A stretch of 64,000 nt of DNA from Cyclobacterium amurskyense (GCF_001050135.1 NZ_CP012040.1:1646997-1710996); one strand, 5' to 3'. Shown: positions 50,347 to 60,821, counted from the first letter of the stretch. Notes: generated by a model from the letters alone, not told the origin. A program made the numbers and translations.

Positions 50347-51408
50347 ATGTTCAGAAAATCTATACTATTGATAGGCTTGTCAATAATTAATCTCGCGGTG
50401 TATGCCCAAGACATTCCCCAAGCCAAAGGCTATGTGGCCTATAAAGTCAGTCAAAAGCCTATTATAGATGGTAAGCTGGAAGAGTCCAACTGGCTCGCGG
50501 CCAATTGGTCTAGTCCTTTTATGGATATCCAGGGAACTGATTTTCCAATGCCCAATCAATTGACACAAATGAAAATGCTTTGGGATGAAAATTTTTTATA
50601 CATCGGTATTCTACTCAAGGAGAAAAATATTTGGGCCACCTACACTGAAAGAGAATCAGTAATATTCCATGAGAATGATATTGAAATATTTATAGATCCA
50701 GATGGAGACACCCATAATTATTACGAAATAGAGGTCAATGCCCTTGGAACTCTATGGGATCTCTTGCTAACCAAACCTTATAAAAATGGTGGAAACCCTA
50801 TCAATGGATGGAACATCAACGATTTTGAATATGCCATCCATCTAGATGGAACGATTAATGACCCCAGCGATGTGGACGACCACTGGTCCATAGAGATGGC
50901 TATACCCTGGAAAAGCCTCTCACAATCCGGCCCTTCCTACAAAGCCCCTGAAAATGGTGATCAATGGCGCATCAACTTTTCAAGGGTGCAATGGCAAATT
51001 GAACCTACAGCAAATGGCTACACGAAAAAAATCAACCCACAAACCGGTAAATCCTACCCGGAAGACAATTGGGTTTGGTCCCCCATGGGATTGATCAATA
51101 TGCACCTGCCGGAAAGATGGGGTTACGTTCAATTTTCTGATAGCCAAGTTGGAAATGGCAATCAAGCTTTTGTCATGCATGCAGATGAGCAGATAAAAAA
51201 CGAATTAAGAAAGCTATACGATGCAGAAAAGGCATTTTTCGCTATCCATGGTCATTATACCGATCAATTGACTGAGCTAAATAGCAATACTCCCTTGTCA
51301 GATGTGGCCATAGAAGCTACTAAGTCTTGGTTTAAAATCTCCTGCCCGGCAACTTCCAAGGACAAATACTGGTATATAACTGAGGACAGCAGGATATGGA
51401 AAAAATAA
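50347..51408 (+). CDS. secreted CBM9-like carbohydrate-binding domain protein
   Basis: The start is moved to an internal ATG that gives a signal peptide (MFRKSILLIGLSIINLAVYAQ). CBM9/DOMON-like core (WDENFLYIG...FIDPDGD..YYEIEVN). Confidence 0.5.
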   Translation: MFRKSILLIGLSIINLAVYAQDIPQAKGYVAYKVSQKPIIDGKLEESNWLAANWSSPFMDIQGTDFPMPNQLTQMKMLWDENFLYIGILLKEKNIWATYTERESVIFHENDIEIFIDPDGDTHNYYEIEVNALGTLWDLLLTKPYKNGGNPINGWNINDFEYAIHLDGTINDPSDVDDHWSIEMAIPWKSLSQSGPSYKAPENGDQWRINFSRVQWQIEPTANGYTKKINPQTGKSYPEDNWVWSPMGLINMHLPERWGYVQFSDSQVGNGNQAFVMHADEQIKNELRKLYDAEKAFFAIHGHYTDQLTELNSNTPLSDVAIEATKSWFKISCPATSKDKYWYITEDSRIWKK

Positions 51409-51471
51409 GTAGGGCATTTATCGACTTAGACAGCAAATTCTGACCGGCTAAATGGCAAAACAGATCAACTC

Positions 51472-52278
51472 ATGATAAAAAATACAATTAACTTTTTTGG
51501 TTTTTGGCTTCTTGGCCTTATTTGCATTGGTTGTACCGAAGCGACAGAAACACGCTCATTGATCAACCTATTACTTATAGACTCTCCTGGAGATTTTGAT
51601 GAAGTATGGGTAGAAGTCAATGGGGTAGAAATTCTGCCTGCGGGAATTCGCGGAAGTGAGGAAAATGCCAACTGGGTGAGTATCCCCTATCAGGCTGCCA
51701 GCAATATGGTTTTGGTAAGTGCACTGGTCAATGACACCCAGCTTCTCATAGGAAGAACAGAAATTCCAGCTGGAGATATTTCCAAAGTTAGGTTTCTTCT
51801 GGGAGATGTAGCCTACTTGATAAAGGACGACATCCGAACGGACATGAGCATCTCCACAGATAGCGAGGCACTATTGGAATTGGATGTGGACATTAACACC
51901 CAAAGTGGTCTTTCCTATGACATCATTCTGGATCTGGACCTGGCCCAATCTGTGGTCGCTAACCAAAGTGGAGGCTTTGATTTTGTCCCTCATCTTAGGG
52001 TATTTGTAGGGACTGGTTTATCAGAAATCACTGGAACAATCTACCCCATTAGCATCGCCCCACATGTGCTGGCAATCTCAGCCACAGACACCTTCAGCAC
52101 ACTCACCGCTGATGATGGTGGTTTCTTGCTTAGTGGCTTGCCAGAAGATGAATACGAATTCAAAATAGCCGCTCCTACAGGATATCAGGACACTACTTTC
52201 ACTCTCTTGACTTACCCTGACAGCACATTGACCCTAGACCCAATCACCATCACCTTACAAGAATCCACCTCCCCCTGA
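51472..52278 (+). CDS. DUF4382-like lipoprotein
   Basis: Lipobox ICIGC, β-rich sequence, 268 aa. Confidence 0.4.
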   Translation: MIKNTINFFGFWLLGLICIGCTEATETRSLINLLLIDSPGDFDEVWVEVNGVEILPAGIRGSEENANWVSIPYQAASNMVLVSALVNDTQLLIGRTEIPAGDISKVRFLLGDVAYLIKDDIRTDMSISTDSEALLELDVDINTQSGLSYDIILDLDLAQSVVANQSGGFDFVPHLRVFVGTGLSEITGTIYPISIAPHVLAISATDTFSTLTADDGGFLLSGLPEDEYEFKIAAPTGYQDTTFTLLTYPDSTLTLDPITITLQESTSP

Positions 52279-52294
52279 TAATATTGCCAAGATT

Positions 52295-53329
52295 ATGAAC
52301 GAAGATCAGCATAAAATCTACATGTTAAGGGCCATTGAACTGGCTGAATTAGGAAGGGGAAGTGTCAGCCCTAATCCCATGGTGGGCTGTGTGATCGTTC
52401 ATAATGGATTGATTATAGGTGAAGGCTATCACGAAAAATACGGGCAAGCCCATGCAGAGGTAAACGCCATTGCTTCAGTTAAGAACAAATCCCTTTTAAA
52501 AGAGGCAACCCTCTATGTTAGCCTGGAACCCTGCGCTCATTTTGGAAAAACCCCGCCCTGTGCAGACTTAATTGTCAAGCATCAATTAAAGGAAGTCATC
52601 ATCGCTGCGGTAGACAGCAATCCTCTAGTGGAGAAAAAAGGAATTCAAAAGTTAGAACAGGCAGGAATAGCCGTGACTACAGGAGTGATGGAGCAGGAGG
52701 TTAGAAAGCAGAATGTGCGGTTTTTCACCCAAATGGAGAAAAAGCGACCCTATATTATTCTAAAGTGGGCCCAGACAAAAGATGGCTTTGTAGCCCGTAC
52801 CAACTTTGACAGTAAATGGATTAGCAATTCGCTTAGCAGACAGCAGGTACACCGCTGGCGTACAGAAGAGGATGCCATTTTGGTGGGCACCAATACCGCC
52901 CGCTATGACAATCCCCGACTCAATGCCAGAGATTGGTATGGAAAAGACCCATTGAGGTTGGTTGTAGACAGGGAGTTGAAATTGGAGGAAAGTTTACATT
53001 TGTTTGATGGGCAGCAAAACACCATCATATACAATAACAAACTCAATAAGACAATCGGAAAGACCGAATGGGCCAAAATAGATGTTCGCATCGATGCCAA
53101 AAAAATCGTAGCAGACCTTTATGCAAGAAACATTCAGAGTCTGATTGTGGAAGGTGGAGCAGCAGTTTTGGGGGATTTTATAGCAAATGACTTATGGGAT
53201 GAGGCAAGGGTTTTTACCGGAAATGCCAAGTTTGGCTTGGGCATCCCAGCCCCTGTTATGACAACTATTCCCACTGCCCAATATACTTTTAAGGAGGATT
53301 TACTAGCAATTTACAGGAACCATGACTGA
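52295..53329 (+). CDS. ribD: bifunctional riboflavin biosynthesis deaminase/reductase
   Basis: CMP/dCMP deaminase zinc motif (HAEVNAI...PCAHFGKTPPC) plus C-terminal RibD reductase domain. Confidence 0.8.
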   Translation: MNEDQHKIYMLRAIELAELGRGSVSPNPMVGCVIVHNGLIIGEGYHEKYGQAHAEVNAIASVKNKSLLKEATLYVSLEPCAHFGKTPPCADLIVKHQLKEVIIAAVDSNPLVEKKGIQKLEQAGIAVTTGVMEQEVRKQNVRFFTQMEKKRPYIILKWAQTKDGFVARTNFDSKWISNSLSRQQVHRWRTEEDAILVGTNTARYDNPRLNARDWYGKDPLRLVVDRELKLEESLHLFDGQQNTIIYNNKLNKTIGKTEWAKIDVRIDAKKIVADLYARNIQSLIVEGGAAVLGDFIANDLWDEARVFTGNAKFGLGIPAPVMTTIPTAQYTFKEDLLAIYRNHD

Positions 53330-53792
53330 GGAAATCAATCTACCCAATAATGCCAACAAGGAGGAAATATACAAAGCCCTTCTGCCACAAGTAAAGGCCT
53401 TGCTTTCCGGAGAGGAAGATTTGGTTGCAAATATGGCCAATATGTCCGCGGTGCTAAAGGAGGCTTTTGGCTTCTTTTGGGTGGGCTTTTATATAATCAA
53501 GAAGGGTGAATTGGTTTTGGGCCCTTTCCAGGGACCAGTAGCCTGTACTCGGATCCAAAAAGGAAAAGGCGTATGTGGCCAAGCCTGGGAAACCGGTGAA
53601 ACGCAGGTAGTACCTGATGTCAATGCCTTTCCAGGTCATATTGCCTGCAGCGCCTCCTCCCAATCAGAGATAGTGGTCCCCGTATCTAAAGGAAATGAAA
53701 TTATCGCGGTGCTGGATATTGATTCCGATCAGCTGGACGCTTTTGATGCAATGGATCAGAAGTATTTGGAGGTGATGGTGGGGTGGTTTTGA
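53322..53792 (+). CDS. GAF-domain protein (free methionine-R-sulfoxide reductase-like)
   Basis: 156 aa with conserved Cys pattern (GPVACTRIQKGKGVCGQAW...HIACSASSQSEIVVP). Confidence 0.6.
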   Translation: MTEEINLPNNANKEEIYKALLPQVKALLSGEEDLVANMANMSAVLKEAFGFFWVGFYIIKKGELVLGPFQGPVACTRIQKGKGVCGQAWETGETQVVPDVNAFPGHIACSASSQSEIVVPVSKGNEIIAVLDIDSDQLDAFDAMDQKYLEVMVGWF

Positions 53793-54041
53793 GGCTTTAG
53801 TAGCATTTTTTTTAGATGATTTTGTGGCCTGCGTTTCCATTTCAAATGGAGTTTACAAACTTTTTTTGGCTGTTTCTAATAAAAATGTAGTTTCTCCCTA
53901 AGATTCTTTAACCGAAACCCTTAATTTGACAGGGAAAAACAAACTAAAGGAGCTGGGTACATAATCGATACATACGCAACACCCCTGCAAAACATGTAAA
54001 TATACAATTGTTGGCAATATTTAAAACAAAACCAGAATTCA

Positions 54042-54806
54042 ATGAAAAAATTAATTAAACTGATATTACCACAAATAGCAATAAATAAATTAAGAACCTA
54101 CAAACACCGAGGAAATAACGTCCTTTGCCCTATATGTAATTCCTCTTTTAATAAGTTTGGTCCTTATGGCATAATAAAAAGAGAGAATGCTAAATGTCAT
54201 AAATGCGGTTCTTTAGAAAGACATAGATTAATATTTAAATATATAAACGAAAAATTCACTCTTTTAAATAATAATTCAAAAGAGAAAATTAGATTGTTAC
54301 ATTTTGCTCCAGAGAAAATATTTTATAACATCTTTTCCAATAACAACGGCATAGATTATACTGCTTGTGATTTATTCCCCGAAAAATACAATTACAATGG
54401 GAAAACCGAAATCACCAAAGTAGATATAACAAAAATTCCATTTGCAGATAATTCCTTTGACTTTATTATATGCTCTCACGTTTTAGAACATATTCCAAAT
54501 GACTTTTTAGCTATGTCTGAATTATATCGGGTTTTAACAAAAAATGGTAATAGCATTTTGCAGGTACCAATAGACTATAATAGAGATGAAACTTATGAAG
54601 ATCATAATATAACAAGTCCTGAAGATAGGCTAAAAGCGTTTGGACAAGATGACCACGTTAGAATTTATGGGAAGGATTACAAAACAAGGTTGGAAAACTC
54701 TGGATTCATTGTGAATGAAGACAACTATATTTCTACTATGGATAAAGGTGAGGTTTATAAATATGGTCTAATGGAATCAGAATTAATTTATCATTGTAAA
54801 AAATAA
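54042..54806 (+). CDS. class-I SAM-dependent methyltransferase with N-terminal CxxC...CxxC zinc ribbon
   Basis: CPICNS...CHKCGS, then a methyltransferase fold (FDFIICSHVLEHIPND). The gene is markedly AT-rich. Confidence 0.55.
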   Translation: MKKLIKLILPQIAINKLRTYKHRGNNVLCPICNSSFNKFGPYGIIKRENAKCHKCGSLERHRLIFKYINEKFTLLNNNSKEKIRLLHFAPEKIFYNIFSNNNGIDYTACDLFPEKYNYNGKTEITKVDITKIPFADNSFDFIICSHVLEHIPNDFLAMSELYRVLTKNGNSILQVPIDYNRDETYEDHNITSPEDRLKAFGQDDHVRIYGKDYKTRLENSGFIVNEDNYISTMDKGEVYKYGLMESELIYHCKK

Positions 54807-55122
54807 CTACCGCCTATAACTAAGCATTCTGATGGCTGGGCCTTCGACAGGCTCAGAGACCGAGCTTCAGGACAGTGCTAAGGGATCATTTCTCGATTTT
54901 AGGAACTTGCCTTACTATGGGGAATGATTTTCCCCTTTTGTTTTTTTAGCATTAGGAGAATGAAAATTTACTGATTTTATTTGTTTTTTGACCTAGGGTT
55001 CTTTGCTTTAGTAGCTATTATTCAATAGGTAAAGGGTTTTGGAGTGAATTTTAGACTGTTATTACCTTTTGGACATACCTGTCCCATTAAGCTAAGTGGT
55101 TCTTTTTATTTTGCTTCCTCAT

Positions 55123-55239
55123 TTAGTTTAACCAGTTGCCTGGTGGCCCCTTTTGGTCGAAATAGGCCACTGTATGCAGTTTTCCGGTTTTGCAATAGGA
55201 ACAATTCTGAGCAGGGAAGCTGGTTTTTCCCAGAAATAG
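55123..55239 (-). pseudogene. remnant of IS91-like transposase C-terminus
   Basis: The minus-strand frame gives ...PAQNCSYCKTGKLHTVAYFDQKGPPGNWLN*. Its C-x-C-KTG-x-L motif is shared with the fragment at 57530-57739. Confidence 0.25.
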
Positions 55240-55560
55240 TTATCGACCTTCGGAGCCTTTTGAGTTGTAAATCAAATCCCGGTACATTTTCACAGGCTTT
55301 TTCAATGATAGATTGCTTTTTTTTTCATAGGTTAAAATGTTGAATATTAACGATAAGTCTAATGTAGGAAGAAACGGCAATAAAGCCGGATTCCTGCCTT
55401 AGCAGGATTCGTTCAACAATCGCTAAAATAGAGCGGGGGCGAAGTGTTTACCGCAGCTGTGTTTGCCTTAGTTAGCTTTTCACGGTTGGACAGAAACGCA
55501 CTTTGAAATCCCGCCTTATCTTAGCGGAAACGTTGGGCTTCATTCCGATTTTCACTCATA

Positions 55561-55665
55561 CAATTGTAATCGTATTTCATGAAATAAACGAATTAATAAT
55601 TATAATTCATGAAAAGTAATTGATTTTCATGCTATATTTATAATCGTATTTCATAGAAAAGTATA
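55561..55665 (+). promoter_or_regulatory. array of TTTCATGAAA-type palindromes and direct repeats upstream of the fic gene
   Basis: Perfect 14-bp palindrome TATTTCATGAAATA, plus AATTCATGAAAA, ATTTTCATGC and TATTTCATAGAAA. AATCGTATTTCAT occurs twice. Confidence 0.5.
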
Positions 55666-57213
55666 ATGAGTAATTATTTTTCACAACAAGTAACTGCATT
55701 TCATGGAAAACCTACTCCAGAACCTGGATTTCTTGCTGGGTACGCATTATTAGCAACTATTATAGAAGAAAATGGGGTAAATGTTCCTTTACCTGACAGA
55801 CTTGCTATTGTTACTGAAAAACATCAACGGTACAATACCGAACAATGGCAGGTATTTACAATCAGACACAAACCTGATAATGATTTAACCAGTCACTTAG
55901 CTTTTGCAATAAAGTACGAAGGAATTGATCTATACATTCTAAAAAAGTTTTTTGAGCACACAGGTAAGGAGCTCGTTCTCCACATGATAAAGAAAGAGCC
56001 CACCAGTCAGTATAGCAGGAGAGTATGGTTCCTCTATGAATGGCTAATGGATGAAGTACTTGATATACCAGATCTAAAGACAGGAACATATGTCGAAATA
56101 GTCAATCCCAAACTACAGTTCACGAGTTCTTCAATTAATTCGACCAGACACCGAATAAAAAATAATTTACCAGGTACACCAGCGTTTTGTCCCATGATTA
56201 ATAAAACCGATAAAATCGAAAGCTTCATAGCTAAAGATTTATCTGGCACAATCGAAAAAGGCTTAGATGGTAGGGATAAAGATCTCATTAAAAGAACTGC
56301 TGCATTTCTGTTATTAAAAGACTCAAAAGCCTCCTTTGCCATCGAAGGAGAATACCCCCCAAATCTTAGAGCAAGAAACTGGGGCAAAGCAATTGGACAA
56401 TCAGGAAAAAAAGAGCTAACAATAGAAGAATTAGAAAGGCTTCAAGACGTAGTAATTGGAACTAAAAAACTGAAGAACATGGGATTAAGAACGCAAGAAG
56501 GCTTTATCGGAGAGCATGATCGTGATACTTTTTCCCCGCTACCTGACCATATATCAGCAAAGTCTAAAGATTTACCATCTTTGATGAAAGGGCTACTAGA
56601 CACAAATAAATTGCTGCAAGAATCAAGTTACGATCCGGTTTTAGCAGCGGCAACAATAGCATTTGGATTTGTATTTATTCACCCTTTCTCTGATGGCAAT
56701 GGCCGCATACACAGATACCTGATTCATCATATATTGACTCGAATGGGGTATACTAAAAGGGGGATGATTTTTCCCGTATCAGCAGCCATATTAAATCGGA
56801 TTGACGAATACCAGTCAATTCTAGCGTCATACTCATCTCAAAGAATAGAATTAGTAGAATGGGAACCAACAGCAGATCACAATGTTAGAATTCTTAATGA
56901 CACAATTGATCTATATCGCTATTTCGACCTAACCAAACAGGTAGAATTTTTATACGAATGCGTAGAAGAAACCATCGAGAAAATAATACCAGAAGAACTG
57001 GATTATTTTGAAAAATATGATCGGATGACTAAATACATAAACAATTATTTGTCTTTGCCAGACACCAAAGTGGATTTATTAATCAAATTGCTAAATCAGA
57101 ATAAAGGTAGGTTATCAAAGAATAAAAGACAAAACGAGTTTGACGATATCACCGATGAAGAACTTTCAGCAATTGAAGAGAGCTTTCAGTCCATTTTTGA
57201 AAAAAAGCAATAA
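55666..57213 (+). CDS. Fic-family protein (class II, with intramolecular inhibitory motif)
   Basis: Fic motif HPFSDGNGRIHR. Upstream SFAIEG matches the (S/T)xxxE(G/N) inhibitory helix. 515 aa. Confidence 0.8.
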   Translation: MSNYFSQQVTAFHGKPTPEPGFLAGYALLATIIEENGVNVPLPDRLAIVTEKHQRYNTEQWQVFTIRHKPDNDLTSHLAFAIKYEGIDLYILKKFFEHTGKELVLHMIKKEPTSQYSRRVWFLYEWLMDEVLDIPDLKTGTYVEIVNPKLQFTSSSINSTRHRIKNNLPGTPAFCPMINKTDKIESFIAKDLSGTIEKGLDGRDKDLIKRTAAFLLLKDSKASFAIEGEYPPNLRARNWGKAIGQSGKKELTIEELERLQDVVIGTKKLKNMGLRTQEGFIGEHDRDTFSPLPDHISAKSKDLPSLMKGLLDTNKLLQESSYDPVLAAATIAFGFVFIHPFSDGNGRIHRYLIHHILTRMGYTKRGMIFPVSAAILNRIDEYQSILASYSSQRIELVEWEPTADHNVRILNDTIDLYRYFDLTKQVEFLYECVEETIEKIIPEELDYFEKYDRMTKYINNYLSLPDTKVDLLIKLLNQNKGRLSKNKRQNEFDDITDEELSAIEESFQSIFEKKQ

Positions 57214-57281
57214 ATAAACGAAAGCCCAATAAAACCTAAACTGCATTAAAACGCAGTTTAGCCAAACGTAGCATTGAAAAA

Positions 57282-57647
57282 ATGGACAGAAAAGAGAAAA
57301 GACAAAAAATTGACCAAGCAATTAGGGATATTACGATACCATTCTTGCGAGAAAAAGGATTTATGGGATCTCTTCCACATTTCAGGCGACAAAACAAAGA
57401 TGGAATAAACCTTTTGACTTTTCAACACAGTCTATATGACACAAAATTTATTGTAGAAATAGCCAATTGTCCACCTGAAGGAATCACAACCCATTGGGGA
57501 AAAGAAATTTCAAAAAATAAAGTGACCGCTCATGACATGGGACATAGACTCAGACTCGGAAGCGAAAAAAACAGTTCTCCCGTTTTGCAACAAGTACACT
57601 TTTTGAGCAGGGAGTCTGGTTTTTCTACAACCTCTATCGCCACCTGA
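57282..57647 (+). CDS. hypothetical protein
   Basis: 121-aa ORF. Its 3' end overlaps the transposase remnant on the opposite strand. Uncertain. Confidence 0.25.
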   Translation: MDRKEKRQKIDQAIRDITIPFLREKGFMGSLPHFRRQNKDGINLLTFQHSLYDTKFIVEIANCPPEGITTHWGKEISKNKVTAHDMGHRLRLGSEKNSSPVLQQVHFLSRESGFSTTSIAT

Positions 57648-57739
57648 CCGATTTGAAGGTCGATATTGACCTTATGTGAGGCCTTATAAGTACTGGCCAG
57701 GATGCCATAATGCTTTATTCGGGTAAAGCCCTTGGGCAA
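57530..57739 (-). pseudogene. remnant of IS91-family (Y2 HUH) transposase C-terminus
   Basis: GFTRIKHYGILAS resembles the R-I-R-Y-YG-L-L-N C-terminal signature of IS91/ISCR transposases and is followed by a CTCCKTGEL zinc-knuckle-like tail. Only ~69 aa, with no catalytic region. Confidence 0.3.
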
Positions 57740-57919
57740 GATCCCGTTTCTCGGGACAAGTTATGTAGCGTCAACCTTCTAAGGAATTCCCGAGCCTTTA
57801 GTGTACAGGTTTCTTTTTCACCCTCTGGATAAATTTGGTATCTTCGATACCAGATGCCTATGCCGGGCACACACACTTAAAGAGAAAGCCTAAAAGAAAT
57901 GAGCACATAGAGAAACGAC

Positions 57920-58768
57920 ATGGCCAATGAAATAAATCAAATTGCTCTCTTTGAAAAACCATTGTTTACATGGTATAAGTTACCCTTGTCGATCGATAGG
58001 GAATTGAATTTACCTGCCGAGTCTTGTTTTGCTTATATTCTTGAGGGGGATAATCAAGACTTAACGGATTCAGGTTTTTTAGCTGAAAAAGGAACCGTTA
58101 TACTTTCTCTATGTGGAAAAACAGTTGGTAATTCCCTTTCAAAAATAGAAACAGTTTTTTTAAGTACAATTATCGTTCATTTTGATAGAGAGGTTCTAAA
58201 AAAGGTATTCAACTACGAAAAACCTAAATTTTGGAAAGAGCTCAAACACCCATTAAAAAAAGACATTGCTCAACAAGACGCCTCAGCTTTAGTGAGCGCT
58301 TACTTTTTGAATGTTGCTGACTTATTCAATCACAAAAATGCACTTAACGAAGACATTTTATCAGTTAAACTAAAAGAGATCGTCTTATTACTTCTGCAAA
58401 CTCAGGAATCTTCAAATCTAAATGCAATCGCAAGGAGTTTATTTTCAGATAGGATTTTTTCATTTCAAGAAGTTATTGAAGCCAACTTATATGAACCTAT
58501 AAATTTGAACCGTTTGGCTGCCATGACAAATAATAGTCTTGCTTCCTTTAAAAGAAACTTCAGGAAAATATACAACAGCTCTCCTGCGAATTACATAAAA
58601 GAGAAGAAATTAGAACGAGGGAAAAAACTACTCAATCATTCTCAAAAATCAATAGGTGAAATTTGCTACGAATGTGGCTACGCTGATCCCTCCAGTTTTG
58701 CGAGATCGTTCAAAAATAGGTTTGGTATTTCTCCTTTAGATTTCAGGTTGAGCCAAAATGAACATTAA
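57920..58768 (+). CDS. AraC-family transcriptional regulator
   Basis: C-terminal dual HTH (IGEICYECGYADPSSFARSFKNRFGISP), 282 aa. Confidence 0.75.
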   Translation: MANEINQIALFEKPLFTWYKLPLSIDRELNLPAESCFAYILEGDNQDLTDSGFLAEKGTVILSLCGKTVGNSLSKIETVFLSTIIVHFDREVLKKVFNYEKPKFWKELKHPLKKDIAQQDASALVSAYFLNVADLFNHKNALNEDILSVKLKEIVLLLLQTQESSNLNAIARSLFSDRIFSFQEVIEANLYEPINLNRLAAMTNNSLASFKRNFRKIYNSSPANYIKEKKLERGKKLLNHSQKSIGEICYECGYADPSSFARSFKNRFGISPLDFRLSQNEH

Positions 58769-58811
58769 TTGAGCCCTTGTGTAGGACGCTTGTCCCAAAC
58801 CCTTTGGAACT

Positions 58812-59492
58812 TTGCAGAAACATCAATTTTTAAACACAAGAAGAATGAGTAAGACGAAAAGTTTTTGGGACAATGCATCAAAAAATTACGATAAAACAGA
58901 AGAACGGTTTGAGTACATCCATCAAAAGTCAAGGGAGAACACTAAAAAACATATAGAAAGCGCTAATGTAGTATTGGATTATGGTTGTGGAACGGGCACA
59001 ACAGCTTGCGAGATTGCCAATGACGTTAAAGAGATTTATGCCATCGATATATCATCGAAAATGATTGAAATTTCCAAAGGAAAAGCAGCTGAAAAAAACA
59101 TCAAAAATGTGACATTCGCTCAAGGGGATATTTTCGATGAAAACCTGAGAAAAGAGTCTTTTGATAGAATATTAGCATTTAATATGCTACATACTATCCC
59201 TAATCCTGAAAAGGTGACGAAAAGAATAAACGAATTACTAAAACCTGATGGATTATTTATTTCTGTGACACCCAGTCTAGGAGACAAGATGTCATTTTTA
59301 GTAGGCTTGCAGATTCGACTTGTACAGGTACTTTGTAAAATTGGAATAATCCCCATTCCGATTAGAATACTGAAAAGCACCGACTTAGATACTTTAATTG
59401 CCAAAGGAAATTTTCAGACAGTTGATTCCGAGAAAATTTATAAAGATGCCTCCAACTATTTTATAGTAGCTAAGAAAAAAACTGAAATGTAA
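58812..59492 (+). CDS. class-I SAM-dependent methyltransferase
   Basis: VLDYGCGTG motif I, FDRILAFNMLH post-II, 226 aa. Confidence 0.7.
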   Translation: MQKHQFLNTRRMSKTKSFWDNASKNYDKTEERFEYIHQKSRENTKKHIESANVVLDYGCGTGTTACEIANDVKEIYAIDISSKMIEISKGKAAEKNIKNVTFAQGDIFDENLRKESFDRILAFNMLHTIPNPEKVTKRINELLKPDGLFISVTPSLGDKMSFLVGLQIRLVQVLCKIGIIPIPIRILKSTDLDTLIAKGNFQTVDSEKIYKDASNYFIVAKKKTEM

Positions 59493-60821
59493 CAGGTGCT
59501 AATCGAAGGGATGGCCGCAGGCAATAAGCCTGCTGCCTGTCCCGACCCTTCGGGAGTGCGCCTATCACAGCTCTACTTAGCTTTCCAAAGTACCCTCCCG
59601 GTCGACCCCTGTGAAAAACAGGGCAGGCTGTACGAGTCTTGTACCTTCCCTGCATTTCGGCGCTTCACTAAATGTTAAACACCTGATTGATGCTGGAATA
59701 TTTACAGAGAATACAGCTTGTAATAATTCAATCAAATCACATGAAATAAGTATCTAAGAGAAGGATTAAATGGAAGGCCATCTTTACTACCTTGAACTAT
59801 ATAGAATACAATCTGAATAATAACTATTAATAAAACTAAGCTTTCTGAGGGATCTAACTCTTCGACAAACTTAGGACACACCTCAAAGAACCATTCACAG
59901 ACTCATTATTATCCTAGAGGTTTGGGTAATGGTACTACGGAAAATAATTAACTCATTCTATTTTTTAAGCGTCAAATTATTGATGAAGTAACAGTCCTTA
60001 TTTCCAATGTATAGGTGTATTTTTTAGTCGCTCAAATCCAATAGAAAAAGAATAATAGAGCACATTTTAGACTATTATCTATGTTTGAAGATAGTTTTAG
60101 ATTTAATAAAATAGAATAATCATCTATTACTAAAACTTAATATAAGATAATAAATACCGTCACAAAACACAATTTTAAAATTTTCTTTAAAAAACTTACG
60201 ACGTTACAGTGTATTTATTAAACATTTTTATTAAGTTGAAATACATTAAAAAATCATAGGTGCTTGATATACAACATGTATACCAGAAACTCTCTTGGTG
60301 AAATATAGCTATGTGAAGAGGCTGTATTGAATTAAAGAATCTTTTTAGGAGTGAATTTATAGGTTTTTCAGCAAGCGTGAGATTGAAACTATTTTAACAG
60401 TAATAAATTGGGTTTTAATCTTGATACTGAGACTGTGGCAATGAGAGTCAATTGAAGCTATTTCGAGAATTACAAATAATTATAATTCCTCAATAAATCG
60501 TTAGGTAAAGGAAAAAAAATAATAATTACAATTGAATAGATGACTTTCCGGAAACGGTTCTTATACAAGAATAAAAAGTCAGAACTAGATATAAAACCTA
60601 AATGGATAATAAGATAAATGGAAAATATTGTCCAAATCCGTCTTTATTTAGGTTTGTCTGTAAGAATGGAAGAAGAAAAGCTTATTTTTACAAGGCAAAG
60701 AAAAACTCAATAATAAATCAGGTATCTAGCTATTTAAATATGCCTATTAGTAGGTATTTACATATAAAATATTAATAATTAAATTTATAGAAAATTGGAA
60801 TAATATTAAACCTTAAAGATT

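Noticed and set aside
55044-55343. 99-aa ORF on the plus strand
   Set aside because: It lacks a plausible start context and overlaps the minus-strand IS91-like remnant and the GC-rich debris. The protein is Cys/Phe/Ser-rich nonsense.
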